A stretch of DNA of 54,851 nt from Pseudobdellovibrionaceae bacterium (lineage in GTDB: Bacteria > Bdellovibrionota > FAC87 > UBA2466), in assembly GCA_023250715.1 (NCBI GenBank), contig JAHFAF010000008.1, forward strand, positions 1,234-56,084, in the 5' to 3' direction. Below the pieces are notes generated by a model. It saw only the letters and a program-made list of their open reading frames with translations, did not search any database and was not told the origin of the DNA. The translations under genes were made by a program, and so were the position numbers. Below are positions 41,775 to 51,121 of the stretch, piece after piece; the first letter of the stretch is position 1, and each line of letters starts with the position of its first letter.

Positions 41775-44618
41775 CTATTGGCTAGCGGCCTGGGCGACAG
41801 TTTCAATGGCGATCGCAGTAAGCCCACTTGCGTAATCAAGGTCGATGAGCTCCAAGTTGTCCAACGTGTCATGATACCCGTCACGGTTCACGTCGTAGTT
41901 TTCCATGAAAAGCACTGCGGGAAACCCGCTATCGGCAAAGAGCTGAATATCGGTCTGGTAAAGAGAGCTTCTGAAGTGGCCGCCGGGACGAATTTCTCCC
42001 GAGTAGGGGACTAGAAGCGGGAGCTCTGGGAGCGGAAATTTATCAGGGGGGACACCCTTCGGGACCTGGTACCGCTTCCACCTGTTTTTTCGATTCAGCT
42101 TTTCATTCCACTTTTCACTGCTCAAAAGGTGATTCCACGTTTGGGTCACGCGATGGGCGCCGAAGGCGAGCCGAGCCGCCCGATCTCCACGGCCTGGGGC
42201 GATTTGAAATATTTTTGAAGAACTCTCCTTGCCCTCTTTATCTCGGTCGACGTCGTGGGCCACCATATCGAGGACGAAGACACCCGCGATCTTGGGGTTC
42301 TCCTTTCGGTCGGTAAGGCCTCTTTTTTCTATGAGTGCCTGGCAAAGAGCGCGCGTACCGAGACTGTCCGCGGGAAATTCTTCGCCTGTCAAATGCACGA
42401 GCCAGACATCTTTTTTAAGCGGGAGATCCTTCAGCACTCTCGCGGCTTCCATTAGGGTCGCCGTAGCGGAGTGGTTGTCGTCCGCGCCTTTCGCCGAATG
42501 GCGGTGGCCGACCAAATCTGAGAGCTTCCTTTTTTCGGCGAGACTATTGCCCTCGTAGATATCACCCATCTGAGCGGTGTCGTAGTGATCCCCCATCACG
42601 ATCGCTTCCTCATGGGGCTTTCCGTCTTTCCCGTGAATGACGACAATTAAGTTGTGCTGCTTTTCTTTTAGTCCGTCCCACCAGGGAATGTCGAAATCAA
42701 CTTTCCACTCAAAACTTTGGACGAAGGTGGGAAGCCTAAGCTCGTCTTCGTAATATCGTTTCAAGTAATCAAGAACGGCGGGCAAATCATTTTTCTTACA
42801 ATGGGGATCAAGGCTCTGGGCATCTCCATCCGTTGCAGCACAATCCGTGTTGTTCTTTTGCGTGAAGGGCCCTTCCGTCAGGTCCACTAGTTTTTTCCAA
42901 TAGCGGTGCCCGTACTCTGAGGTTGCTGTGTCGCGGAATGTGAGGGGAATAACTAACGGGGTCTTCTCCCCAGTCTTCACGGCCGAATCTAACTCATTAG
43001 AGACCTGTTGCGGCAAGGTCTCCCGCCACTTCCGAAACGTTTCCGATATTGGATTCAACAAAGCGTTTGCAAAATCCTCAGTCAGTTTTCCGTGGAGCCT
43101 CTCCGAAAAATCGAAAAGTTTTGTAGCATTCATCGCGGTCGTTTCGGGGTTCCCCTCGGGGTCGACAATCTTAGCTAGTTCTTCTTCGACCGAGGCATCG
43201 ACCACCTCGACGGGAAACCAAAGATCTTTCTTAGCGAGAGTCAATCGCACGGAACCTAAGAGCTCGAAGTCGCTGTCCACCCCCTGCGGCGTGGTCCAAG
43301 CAACGAGAGGGCGGTACCAACGCAAATCGAACCCGTTAATCTGCGCGACGGGAAAATAATTTCGATAGTGGACACGCGAGGCTCCTCCGTCCTCTAGGAT
43401 TTTGTTTTCCGCTTGCTTCAAGACGTCATGATTTGCTGCTGGCCCATCGAGTAGCCATTCCCCTTTCAAAGGTCCGGAGACTCCCCACATCTGCACATTT
43501 CGGCCAATGGGCTTTCCATAAATTCCCATCACGGAAGGGATTGCTCTAAAGATCAAATCTAGAGGATCGGTTCCGTTATCCCCGATGGTGCTATTTCCCA
43601 TGCTGTTGTTGTCGGATTTGGAAAAGCGGTGGCGTCTTCGGGAAACATCTAAAGCTCGTAAACCGTAAAACCCCATACGCACCAGACTCTGACTGAATTG
43701 ACTAAACTCGATCGCCAACGGCAATTGGCGCGCCTCTTCACTCACCATCTTGTTGAAAAGTGGCGCTTCGGAAAATATCAACGTCGAAGGATGAGGAATA
43801 GGATTAAGGCGATCCTCTCGGTAAGCTCTCTTCATGCTTTCGGGCCACTCGGAGTATGGGAGGAACGTGACGAGGTATTTAGTGGGGATGTCGCTCTTTA
43901 CCAGTATTAGATCTCTCAAATCCGAAGGAATCCAATCCGGATGGTGGGTCAATATGCGCACTCCTAAGTTTTTCAGGGGGCAGTTTTTTTCTTCTGTTGC
44001 GCCGAATGCCTTATTTATGAGGCGACAAAGCCAGGGGGTGGCCGGTCCTGAAAAAGATCGGGTCCAGAAGATCTCTTCCCAATTGAGTTCACTCCCTCCA
44101 TATACCGTCCAAAGAACCGTGTGTCCCAAGTCTTCTTGAGTTCGGGAGAGAATGAGAGGAGCAATCGAGACAATTGGGGTGTCGAGTTTCTTTGGGATGT
44201 TGGGCGGCCAGAACGCATTGCCTTCTAGGACGCTTGCTGGAATCCCCTTTAGCTTCGCGCTTCCAGGACGCTCGCCTTCGGAAAGCTGCCGCATATCTTG
44301 CAACCAATGCCGAGCAAGATGCCCAAGTCCCGGTCGCAAATGGCGCATCTCCTCATATAAACTCAAACCAAAGCGATCTCCTTCGGGATGACGCCGAATG
44401 AACTCCCGAAAATAGGGGGATTTTCTTAGCGTATCGGGGGTATCGAGAAACGTTTCATAAGGCCTCACTCCCATTTGAAGCGCTGGGGTGAACTCGGAAT
44501 ACCCATAGAGGAATGCGGTTTTCGGCGGCTCCCACCCTTTGCTCAAAACGGAGTCCCAGCTTGCCCCGTACCCGGTCCAGCAGATGAAAATTCCAATGAG
44601 GAGGGGAAAATTCGTCAT
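41775..44618 (-). CDS. large protein (947 aa): about 650-aa N-terminal region of unknown function fused to an M28 zinc aminopeptidase-like domain
   Basis: C-terminal M28-type ligand pattern: MGDHYDT, GADDNHSATA, LTGEEF, VLDMVAHD, DGYHDT. Hydrophobic N-terminus MTNFPLLIGIFICWTGYGA. Confidence 0.85.
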   Translation of the reverse strand: MTNFPLLIGIFICWTGYGASWDSVLSKGWEPPKTAFLYGYSEFTPALQMGVRPYETFLDTPDTLRKSPYFREFIRRHPEGDRFGLSLYEEMRHLRPGLGHLARHWLQDMRQLSEGERPGSAKLKGIPASVLEGNAFWPPNIPKKLDTPIVSIAPLILSRTQEDLGHTVLWTVYGGSELNWEEIFWTRSFSGPATPWLCRLINKAFGATEEKNCPLKNLGVRILTHHPDWIPSDLRDLILVKSDIPTKYLVTFLPYSEWPESMKRAYREDRLNPIPHPSTLIFSEAPLFNKMVSEEARQLPLAIEFSQFSQSLVRMGFYGLRALDVSRRRHRFSKSDNNSMGNSTIGDNGTDPLDLIFRAIPSVMGIYGKPIGRNVQMWGVSGPLKGEWLLDGPAANHDVLKQAENKILEDGGASRVHYRNYFPVAQINGFDLRWYRPLVAWTTPQGVDSDFELLGSVRLTLAKKDLWFPVEVVDASVEEELAKIVDPEGNPETTAMNATKLFDFSERLHGKLTEDFANALLNPISETFRKWRETLPQQVSNELDSAVKTGEKTPLVIPLTFRDTATSEYGHRYWKKLVDLTEGPFTQKNNTDCAATDGDAQSLDPHCKKNDLPAVLDYLKRYYEDELRLPTFVQSFEWKVDFDIPWWDGLKEKQHNLIVVIHGKDGKPHEEAIVMGDHYDTAQMGDIYEGNSLAEKRKLSDLVGHRHSAKGADDNHSATATLMEAARVLKDLPLKKDVWLVHLTGEEFPADSLGTRALCQALIEKRGLTDRKENPKIAGVFVLDMVAHDVDRDKEGKESSSKIFQIAPGRGDRAARLAFGAHRVTQTWNHLLSSEKWNEKLNRKNRWKRYQVPKGVPPDKFPLPELPLLVPYSGEIRPGGHFRSSLYQTDIQLFADSGFPAVLFMENYDVNRDGYHDTLDNLELIDLDYASGLTAIAIETVAQAASQ

Positions 44619-44798
44619 GGTGTCAAAGTAGGGAATGCCCTCCTAGAAAGTCAACGCCAGTCCTGAGCAGGGACTTAATTCGGGCCCTCGGTCCGCAATG
44701 ACAAGGATTTATCTGACCGGGAAATATTATGTTTTGTATCAGTGCAGCTATTACTGACGGGGGAGACCTCGACCAATCGATATGTTATAGACTCTAAA

Positions 44799-45764
44799 AT
44801 GTGGAAGGCTTTACTCCTCATTCTTATTCTCTGTTCTTGCGCTGCGATGCAGACCAAGACGCTCATGTTCAGCGCGCAGCCATTTTCGAAAAATACTCGA
44901 GTTTTCCTTGTGGCTGGGGGCGAGGATAATGCCAATTTTGCTCAGGCTATACTCGATCAGAAAAGGATTTGGCTCTCTAGAGGGATTTCCGAAGATCAGA
45001 TTAGCTGTTATTACGCTCTCCCATTGGCGAAACTCATTCGTTACGATCTAGGACAATATCGCGAGCTTACGGAAGCTCTCTACGCCTGCCATCCCGCAAA
45101 CGCGGATCTCGTGCGATCCCATGTAAAGCAAGTGCTCGAACAAAATCCGGAATGGATCTATCTGTTCGTTTCCAGCCACGGGGTTCCGCCTCTTTCAATT
45201 CTTCGAAAACAGGCAAAAGACGAAAAAGAGCGGAAGCTCTTGGAGGATGTGTTCAAAGCCCTTCCGCTTCGCGAGCGATACCGCCTGGTTTTAGCGTCCC
45301 TGCCCGACGGCCATTCTTTTTCAGACTTGCATCTGGAGAAGGAAGCCGAAAAGAACAAGGTCTTACCAGAGACTCTTTCTTTTAGCCGTGGCCAGCTCTT
45401 TGAGACTCTAAAAGGACATGCGAAAACTCGGAAGGTGGTCGTGCTGCAAGGCTGTTATTCCGGAGGTTTCTTGGAGGGCCCCGGAGACGGAAAAACCTTA
45501 AAGGAAGTGCAAAATATTACCGTGATGACCGCATCGGATGAGCAACACACAAGCTTTGGTTGCAGTCCGCGCGGAGATAGGACTTTCTTCGATGAGTCCT
45601 TGAGCCGCTCCTTGGAGAAAAAGGAAATAGGCAGGCTCCCGTCCGAAGTGGACTGGCAATCCCTCTACAAAATCGTGGTTAAGCGAGTAGAAAAAAAGGA
45701 AGCTAAGCTGAGGATTCGTGAAGGCTCCCACCCCCAGTATTTCTCGAGCGGGTCCAAAGAATAG
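44799..45764 (+). CDS. lipoprotein, peptidase C13 (legumain)-like / caspase-fold candidate
   Basis: The ATG at 44799 gives lipobox MWKALLLILILCSCA. IYLFVSSHG and VVVLQGCYSGGFLEG resemble the His and Cys motifs of bacterial C13-family proteins. The dyad spacing is longer than in legumain. Confidence 0.65.
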   Translation: MWKALLLILILCSCAAMQTKTLMFSAQPFSKNTRVFLVAGGEDNANFAQAILDQKRIWLSRGISEDQISCYYALPLAKLIRYDLGQYRELTEALYACHPANADLVRSHVKQVLEQNPEWIYLFVSSHGVPPLSILRKQAKDEKERKLLEDVFKALPLRERYRLVLASLPDGHSFSDLHLEKEAEKNKVLPETLSFSRGQLFETLKGHAKTRKVVVLQGCYSGGFLEGPGDGKTLKEVQNITVMTASDEQHTSFGCSPRGDRTFFDESLSRSLEKKEIGRLPSEVDWQSLYKIVVKRVEKKEAKLRIREGSHPQYFSSGSKE

Positions 45765-45770
45765 TAGCCG

Positions 45771-46175
45771 TTATCCGATTGAGGCGCCGTTTTCGACTGG
45801 GTGAGTGGGTTCGAGCAAAATTACCCCCTTCAAATCGCCTATTGCGCCGAGGATGAGTACTTCGGATTCGACGCCCGCGATATTTTTCTTGGGGAAATTT
45901 GTCACGGCGACGATCTGTTTTCCAATGAGCTGTTCTGTCGTGTAGTTCGTTGTGATCTGGGCGGAGCTTTTTTTCTTTCCAAGGGGGCCAAAGTCCACTT
46001 CCAACACATAGGCGGGCTTTTTTGCCTTGGGATTTAATGCGGCAGAGAGAATCGTTCCGGTTCTAATCTCTATTTTTTTAAAATCTTCAAACGTGATCAC
46101 CCGCGCCTCTTGTGAGCATTCTGCACCATTCACTGTTCCGAGCATAATATTTTTTGAAGAGATCCAGGAACTCAT
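45771..46175 (-). CDS. csaA: tRNA-binding-domain chaperone CsaA
   Basis: FEDFKKIEIRTGTILSA...VDFGPLGKKKSSAQIT...QIVAVTNFPKKNIAGVESEVLILG...NGASIG aligns with B. subtilis CsaA as I recall it. The start may be the internal Met at 46145. Confidence 0.85.
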   Translation of the reverse strand: MSSWISSKNIMLGTVNGAECSQEARVITFEDFKKIEIRTGTILSAALNPKAKKPAYVLEVDFGPLGKKKSSAQITTNYTTEQLIGKQIVAVTNFPKKNIAGVESEVLILGAIGDLKGVILLEPTHPVENGASIG

Positions 46176-46396
46176 CTCCGCGATCCAGAGGCACGATCTC
46201 CTCTATGAGCCTCGAGGTCATGGCGACATGGTACGCTTCGGCCGGATCGTTTCCGCCAGTATGGATGGCAAAGGGTCCTTCCAGTCAAAGGATACGGCTA
46301 AATTGGGTTTCATTCGGGATCTCCTCCACAGAAGGAGCAAGGAGCAAGCATCGTGCCACGAAACGCCATCCTTCCATGGTAAAATAGTCTAACCAC

Positions 46397-48142
46397 ATGG
46401 ATCTCAGACCGATTCAAATATTCGCCACCTTCTTCTTATTAAGTTCTTCTCTCGCCAATCCACCTTCGGGTCACAATAATTCCGGCGAACCTTCCGGCCA
46501 AGTCGGTGCCTTGCCCGAGCAGGACTGTTCGGCTATCGGACAGGTCCTTAAAATGAACGGAGGAAAATTTCCTCAGAGTGGCACTGAGCTTCGGCAGCAA
46601 CTCGAAAAGCTAGGAAAGGTTCGCGATTTGGGCAATCCGTTTTCGGACGCTCCGGAAAATACCGACCTCATCAATACACGGGTGGTCCTAGCCATGGACG
46701 AACCCGAGTCCTTCAAATTCGACCCCAATCGGCCGAACCTGGCCGGAAAGCTTTTTTTTGGCTCGAATCTTCACTGGGATCCCGTTGCGAAGAAAATGGG
46801 CGTGAAAAAGATGGAGTTCATTTCTTGGAACGAGGCTACGAGAAGGTTTGATTTCGGGGTGATAGAAAATTTTGGGACGGCAAGTGCGAAGGCTGTACTA
46901 ACCGATCGAGATACCTGCATAGGTTGCCACAAGACGGGCGGGCCCATCCTTCAGCCGAACCCCTGGGGAAACTCGGTGAATATGGATGCGACGAAAGAGG
47001 CAAGCCTTCGCGCTTTCAGGGCTCTCGATCCTCAGTTCGGTTCAGTGAGCGAATTTACCGAAATTGAGGGGACACGGCCGTTTTTTGCACGCGATGCAGA
47101 CCTGGTCGATCAGATGGTGAGGAAAGGGACCTCGCTACTAAGGTCCAACGAGAATATGACCCTTCTTCCCCCCGGATCAAAAAGAGAAGGGGCGACCAAG
47201 GGGATGATTCGCTCGGCTCTTGGTGATTTCTTTTCTGACGGGGCGGTGCGCACTCTTTTTGGAAATACGGATTTGGATGATTCAAAACTGGCATCCTCGA
47301 AACCGGATCGTATTCGGAACTTCATTCCCCCGACCCTCGTCCCAGAACAGGCGGGCGAATCCAGCGAGGAACGCGATATTGCGAGGGCAATTGAATATAA
47401 TCGCCTGCGGCGCGAGGGGAAGGTGAAGCTACCGATGGAATATCAGCCATCGAATCCCAAGGCATTTGAGGAGCAACGGGGATTTCGTCAGGATCCTTTC
47501 AATGACATCTTCAACGCTCAACGGGTTAGAAACGGCATGGGATTGGGAGAGGGTGCAAGGAGATTTGTTTTGGAAGTGATAGACCAAGCGGCTTCCGTCA
47601 TTCCTGAAAAAGACGGACTAAAAGCAAGGGCAATGCTGCTCGAAGATCTTGCCAATGCCGAGGAGCTTCGTCCCTTCGTTTCAGCGGGGATTCTTCCCTC
47701 CTCTCAAAGCCTCATTGCCCTACTTCCGGCTGCGATCCCGCGCATCCTGAAGGAGAAATACGGTGTAACGAAATCCATCGCTTTACTGCAAAAGATCAAG
47801 ATTAAAGCCTCGAGATGCGATCCAAAATCCACCTTGCCTTTGGGTACGGCGAGCTCTGTCATGCACGCCTGCAATCGATGCCACGCGGGGCCCGGGGTAG
47901 GAAATAAGATGCGTCTTGCATTCGATCCCCTCAACGTTTCGGCACGGGAAGCCTGGGTGAAGAACAAAAATAACGATAGGAAGGTCGTGCGAACCGAGTT
48001 AGAGCGGTTAAACCTCTACCTCTTTGATGCGGGCGTCATGCCTCCTAGTGGAGAGCCGGAGGCGGCATTCTTCGACAAGAGGCCCGAGGAGTGGAAGGCG
48101 CTGAAAAAATTCGTTCAAGAGGAACTCAAAAAAGTGGAGTGA
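46397..48142 (+). CDS. secreted protein with two CxxCH motifs (581 aa)
   Basis: Signal peptide IFATFFLLSSSLA. Motifs CIGCHKTGGP and CNRCHAGPG...GVMPPSG, the latter PSCyt1-like. Confidence 0.75.
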   Translation: MDLRPIQIFATFFLLSSSLANPPSGHNNSGEPSGQVGALPEQDCSAIGQVLKMNGGKFPQSGTELRQQLEKLGKVRDLGNPFSDAPENTDLINTRVVLAMDEPESFKFDPNRPNLAGKLFFGSNLHWDPVAKKMGVKKMEFISWNEATRRFDFGVIENFGTASAKAVLTDRDTCIGCHKTGGPILQPNPWGNSVNMDATKEASLRAFRALDPQFGSVSEFTEIEGTRPFFARDADLVDQMVRKGTSLLRSNENMTLLPPGSKREGATKGMIRSALGDFFSDGAVRTLFGNTDLDDSKLASSKPDRIRNFIPPTLVPEQAGESSEERDIARAIEYNRLRREGKVKLPMEYQPSNPKAFEEQRGFRQDPFNDIFNAQRVRNGMGLGEGARRFVLEVIDQAASVIPEKDGLKARAMLLEDLANAEELRPFVSAGILPSSQSLIALLPAAIPRILKEKYGVTKSIALLQKIKIKASRCDPKSTLPLGTASSVMHACNRCHAGPGVGNKMRLAFDPLNVSAREAWVKNKNNDRKVVRTELERLNLYLFDAGVMPPSGEPEAAFFDKRPEEWKALKKFVQEELKKVE

Positions 48143-48147
48143 AATCT

Positions 48148-48570
48148 ATGCTGGTTTGGCGGCTTCTTTTCGCGGCGGCGATGCTGGGTCTTTTTCTTGG
48201 AGGGATTTTGCGCGCTGATGAGATGGACAAAGGACTGGTGGAAGCCCTTTTGGGAACCCAGGAAGTCTTGAAGGACCAAAAAGCCCGGGCAAACGCGGCA
48301 GATACTCCGGAAGCTAAAGCTGCTCTAGGAAGGATGGAAATCCTCGGCGGTAATCCGGAGAACACCGAAGCGATGTTTCAACTTTCCGCGGAAATATTCG
48401 CCGATTTGGCAAAACAGACCAAGGGCGATCCCGGGAAAATGCAGGAGATTCTTGAAAAGGCTTATAAAAATCCCAGCCAATTCGCGGAAAGTTTAAGTCC
48501 TGAAATCAAAGCCAAACTAAAAACACTCGCTGCTAAGGTTCCCCAGCCGGCCCAGAATAAGATACCCTAG
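48148..48570 (+). CDS. secreted helical hypothetical protein (140 aa)
   Basis: ATG at 48148 after GGAG, 5 nt downstream of the previous stop. Signal peptide MLVWRLLFAAAMLGLFLGGILRA. Confidence 0.65.
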   Translation: MLVWRLLFAAAMLGLFLGGILRADEMDKGLVEALLGTQEVLKDQKARANAADTPEAKAALGRMEILGGNPENTEAMFQLSAEIFADLAKQTKGDPGKMQEILEKAYKNPSQFAESLSPEIKAKLKTLAAKVPQPAQNKIP

Positions 48571-48618
48571 GCGCTGCGGCATGAAGAAGGGTTGCCTCTT
48601 CGCTTATGATCTTGCCCT

Positions 48619-49068
48619 ATGCCAGGTACTTTCCCCGTCCATTGCACCACCATTGGAAAAAGAGTCGAGCACATCTCACGAGTTCTCGTACCTGCTAAAA
48701 GATTTGAAGAGTACGTAGAGCTCATGGGCCAGGTGCTTGATGAAAATGTCCACTATATCGATCCCGTCCACGAGATGAGGGGGCGAGAAGAAGTCCTAGA
48801 AATGCTCGCGAAGTATGTTCCTCGAGCAGCCAATGAAAAATTCTCCTTCGAGCTTATTCACGACGGGGAAAGGGAAGTCATTTGGCGCTGGACAATTGCG
48901 CTCAAGATTCGCTTCACCTGGTTTGAATTCGTTATTCACGGACTCGTGCACGCCCAAGTCGAGAACGGGAAAATCACTTATCAGAGAGAGTATTACGATC
49001 CGATGGAGTCAATAGGAGTGATTCCTTTCTTTGGGATCTTGTACAAGCTCATTTTGAAGATGGGGTAG
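48619..49068 (+). CDS. SnoaL/NTF2-like fold protein (149 aa)
   Basis: Size and pattern (DENVHYIDPVHEMRGREEVLEML...WRWT...HGLVHAQVENGKITYQREYYD) are consistent with SnoaL-like proteins. From memory only. Confidence 0.6.
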   Translation: MPGTFPVHCTTIGKRVEHISRVLVPAKRFEEYVELMGQVLDENVHYIDPVHEMRGREEVLEMLAKYVPRAANEKFSFELIHDGEREVIWRWTIALKIRFTWFEFVIHGLVHAQVENGKITYQREYYDPMESIGVIPFFGILYKLILKMG

Positions 49069-49070
49069 GT

Positions 49071-49865
49071 ATGTTTTTCATTAAGAAACTCATTTTCAAA
49101 TTTATGGAATTGGGGCTGGGGTTACGAACTTGTTTTTCCCTGGAAACGAAGGATCCCCTCTTTGTTAATTTTAAGTTGAGCCCTTCCGAGATTGAGGCCG
49201 TGCAAAAAAAGCTTCCGCGCGGGTTTCGCTTGGTGCCAGTGCGTTTTTTTGAGAGCGATTCCACGCCGAACTACTGGTTGAGCTACAACTTCTACGAGAT
49301 CCACTACCCGAAGAAAGAGCTCCAAGCGATTAAAAAGGTGCGATGCGAGATCAATACTTTTGTTCAAGATGATCAGGGGAAAAAAGGCATTTATGTTTTT
49401 TGCGGCTCTCCCTATGTCTCCCGAGAAAAAAAGTTTAGTATTCTTGGATGGGTTTGTGATTGGGCGGAACGAACCGTTTGCTTCATTTACGGCTGTGGCC
49501 GCCTCATTCCTTTGACATACGAACTGGGTCAAAGAAAGATTCAAGTTCACTTCGCCGACGGTGAAAATAGAGTGGCTCTCGAGCAACCTCTTCCCCCGGA
49601 AGAACGACCGGAGGAGGTGCTTTCAACGGATTATTTGAAATACAACGACATCTCCTTCTTCAATGACGCGAAAACCTACGATCTGGTGAATGTGAATAGC
49701 GCCTTTCTCTCGGCAACTTTCACCTGCGTGGATGCCCACGACCTGAAGGGAACGTCTATTAGGTCGGTTTTTCTAAATCGCCCGCCCGATAGGCTTGCCT
49801 TTCATCGAGGGGAAATTACTTATTCGGTTGTCTCCATGAATTCCTACGAGAGAGCGTCGATTTGA
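49071..49865 (+). CDS. hypothetical protein (264 aa)
   Basis: Track ORF starting 2 nt after the previous stop. The downstream gene overlaps its stop by 4 nt. Confidence 0.65.
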   Translation: MFFIKKLIFKFMELGLGLRTCFSLETKDPLFVNFKLSPSEIEAVQKKLPRGFRLVPVRFFESDSTPNYWLSYNFYEIHYPKKELQAIKKVRCEINTFVQDDQGKKGIYVFCGSPYVSREKKFSILGWVCDWAERTVCFIYGCGRLIPLTYELGQRKIQVHFADGENRVALEQPLPPEERPEEVLSTDYLKYNDISFFNDAKTYDLVNVNSAFLSATFTCVDAHDLKGTSIRSVFLNRPPDRLAFHRGEITYSVVSMNSYERASI

Positions 49866-50479
49866 AAAGTAAGGGCTTACTCTATTTCAATCTCTCTCTA
49901 ATGGCCCTTCTCCTTGTTTACGCGTTCTTTTTTCCAAAACAATTTCTTTCGACCATGGAACAACCAGACTATTACCTTCATGCGAAATTCACTCATATTC
50001 TTTGTGTCACCCTATTTTTCGCAAACGTGGTCATCGGTACGCTTTGGGAAACGAGAAGTTTGCTCTCTGGGAAAGCGGAGGTCATCCGTTTCACTTATGA
50101 AACGGTCACCTGGTTGGATGCTGCCTTTACAGCGCCTCTCATTCTGCTTTCGGTGATCTCGGGCATCATGTTAGGGACGATTTTAGGGGGGGTGTGGACC
50201 ATTGGGTGGCTCTCAATCGCGTTCACGCTATTCATGGCATGCGGAATCTTCTGGTTGGTGGCGGATATTCCGACGCAATATCGCGTGAATCTACTTTTTA
50301 GGGAAGTGGCGCCAGGCGCGCGGAGCTTGCCGGCTCCTTTGACGAGGCTTCTTTGGTTGAGGATGGGCATTAACTTGGCCAGCATTGCTCCTCTATTATT
50401 TATTTTCTATCTGATGATTCACAAGCCGGAGTTGCCGAAAATTTCGACTCTACTTCAGGCGATACTATTGCGGGGTTAA
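49862..50479 (+). CDS. integral membrane protein (4-5 TM; possibly DUF2269-like)
   Basis: TTG start overlapping the upstream stop. Multiple hydrophobic spans (LMALLLVYAFFF, ILCVTLFFANVVIGTLW, LILLSVISGIMLGTILGGVW, IAFTLFMACGIFWLV, IAPLLFIFYLMI). Confidence 0.7.
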   Translation: MKSKGLLYFNLSLMALLLVYAFFFPKQFLSTMEQPDYYLHAKFTHILCVTLFFANVVIGTLWETRSLLSGKAEVIRFTYETVTWLDAAFTAPLILLSVISGIMLGTILGGVWTIGWLSIAFTLFMACGIFWLVADIPTQYRVNLLFREVAPGARSLPAPLTRLLWLRMGINLASIAPLLFIFYLMIHKPELPKISTLLQAILLRG

Positions 50480-51121
50480 TGCAGCGTCTGCGAGATTAAG
50501 TGAGATTTGCACGGTCTTTGCTTTGAGCTGCTTTAGAGAAAGTGGATACTCGCAGGAGTAGTAAAAATGAAGATTTCCCGCCATGAGGGACTGAATAGTT
50601 CTCGCTAAATCCGTGGCCTGAGCGGCTGATAATTTTTCCGATTCCACGAGTGATTGGAAGCTTGAAGCGAGGCGTTCTTCTCCTCCGGTTTGAATCATGG
50701 TTTGGAGGGCATGAAATTCTTCGTCATACGAGCAGAGATAATAGAAAAGAGCGAGGATGGACGTGTGCTTGGGGTAAACTTCGAGCCATTCAAAAGGGCC
50801 TTCGATGACGGCCGTGAGCCGTTCTCTCCACGTGTTCGCCTTCCTGACGTGCTGGATCGTGATTTCCTGGCCCAAGGCTATCGCGTACCGAACGGCAGTT
50901 TTGATGAGCTCTTTGCGGTTCGCAAAATAGTAATTAACGTGGGTCCGCTCCATCTTGACCATCTTTCCGATGGCGTCGAACGTGGTTTCCTCCAAGCCCT
51001 TCGTCGCAACACACTCGATGACCGCTTCCATGATCTTGACCTTGCGGGCATCACTTTTGCGCGGCTTTACATCGAAAACTTGGAAAAGCAGAGGGCTAGG
51101 GATTTTGGATTTCGATTTCAT
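50465..51121 (-). CDS. TetR-family transcriptional regulator
   Basis: N-terminal HTH pattern KIMEAVIECVATKGLEETTFDAIGKMVKMERTHVNYYFANRKELI. Its start abuts the stop of the upstream gene (51121/51122). Confidence 0.85.
   Translation of the reverse strand: MKSKSKIPSPLLFQVFDVKPRKSDARKVKIMEAVIECVATKGLEETTFDAIGKMVKMERTHVNYYFANRKELIKTAVRYAIALGQEITIQHVRKANTWRERLTAVIEGPFEWLEVYPKHTSILALFYYLCSYDEEFHALQTMIQTGGEERLASSFQSLVESEKLSAAQATDLARTIQSLMAGNLHFYYSCEYPLSLKQLKAKTVQISLNLADAALTPQ

Noticed and set aside
49122-49586. Antisense ORFs inside supported genes (49122-49586, 50690-51205, 52580-53056, 16473-16970, 14184-14603, 42928-43359 and others)
   Set aside because: Each is fully embedded antisense in a longer ORF with recognisable motifs or a signal peptide. 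They have skewed R/S/P composition typical of off-frame translation.
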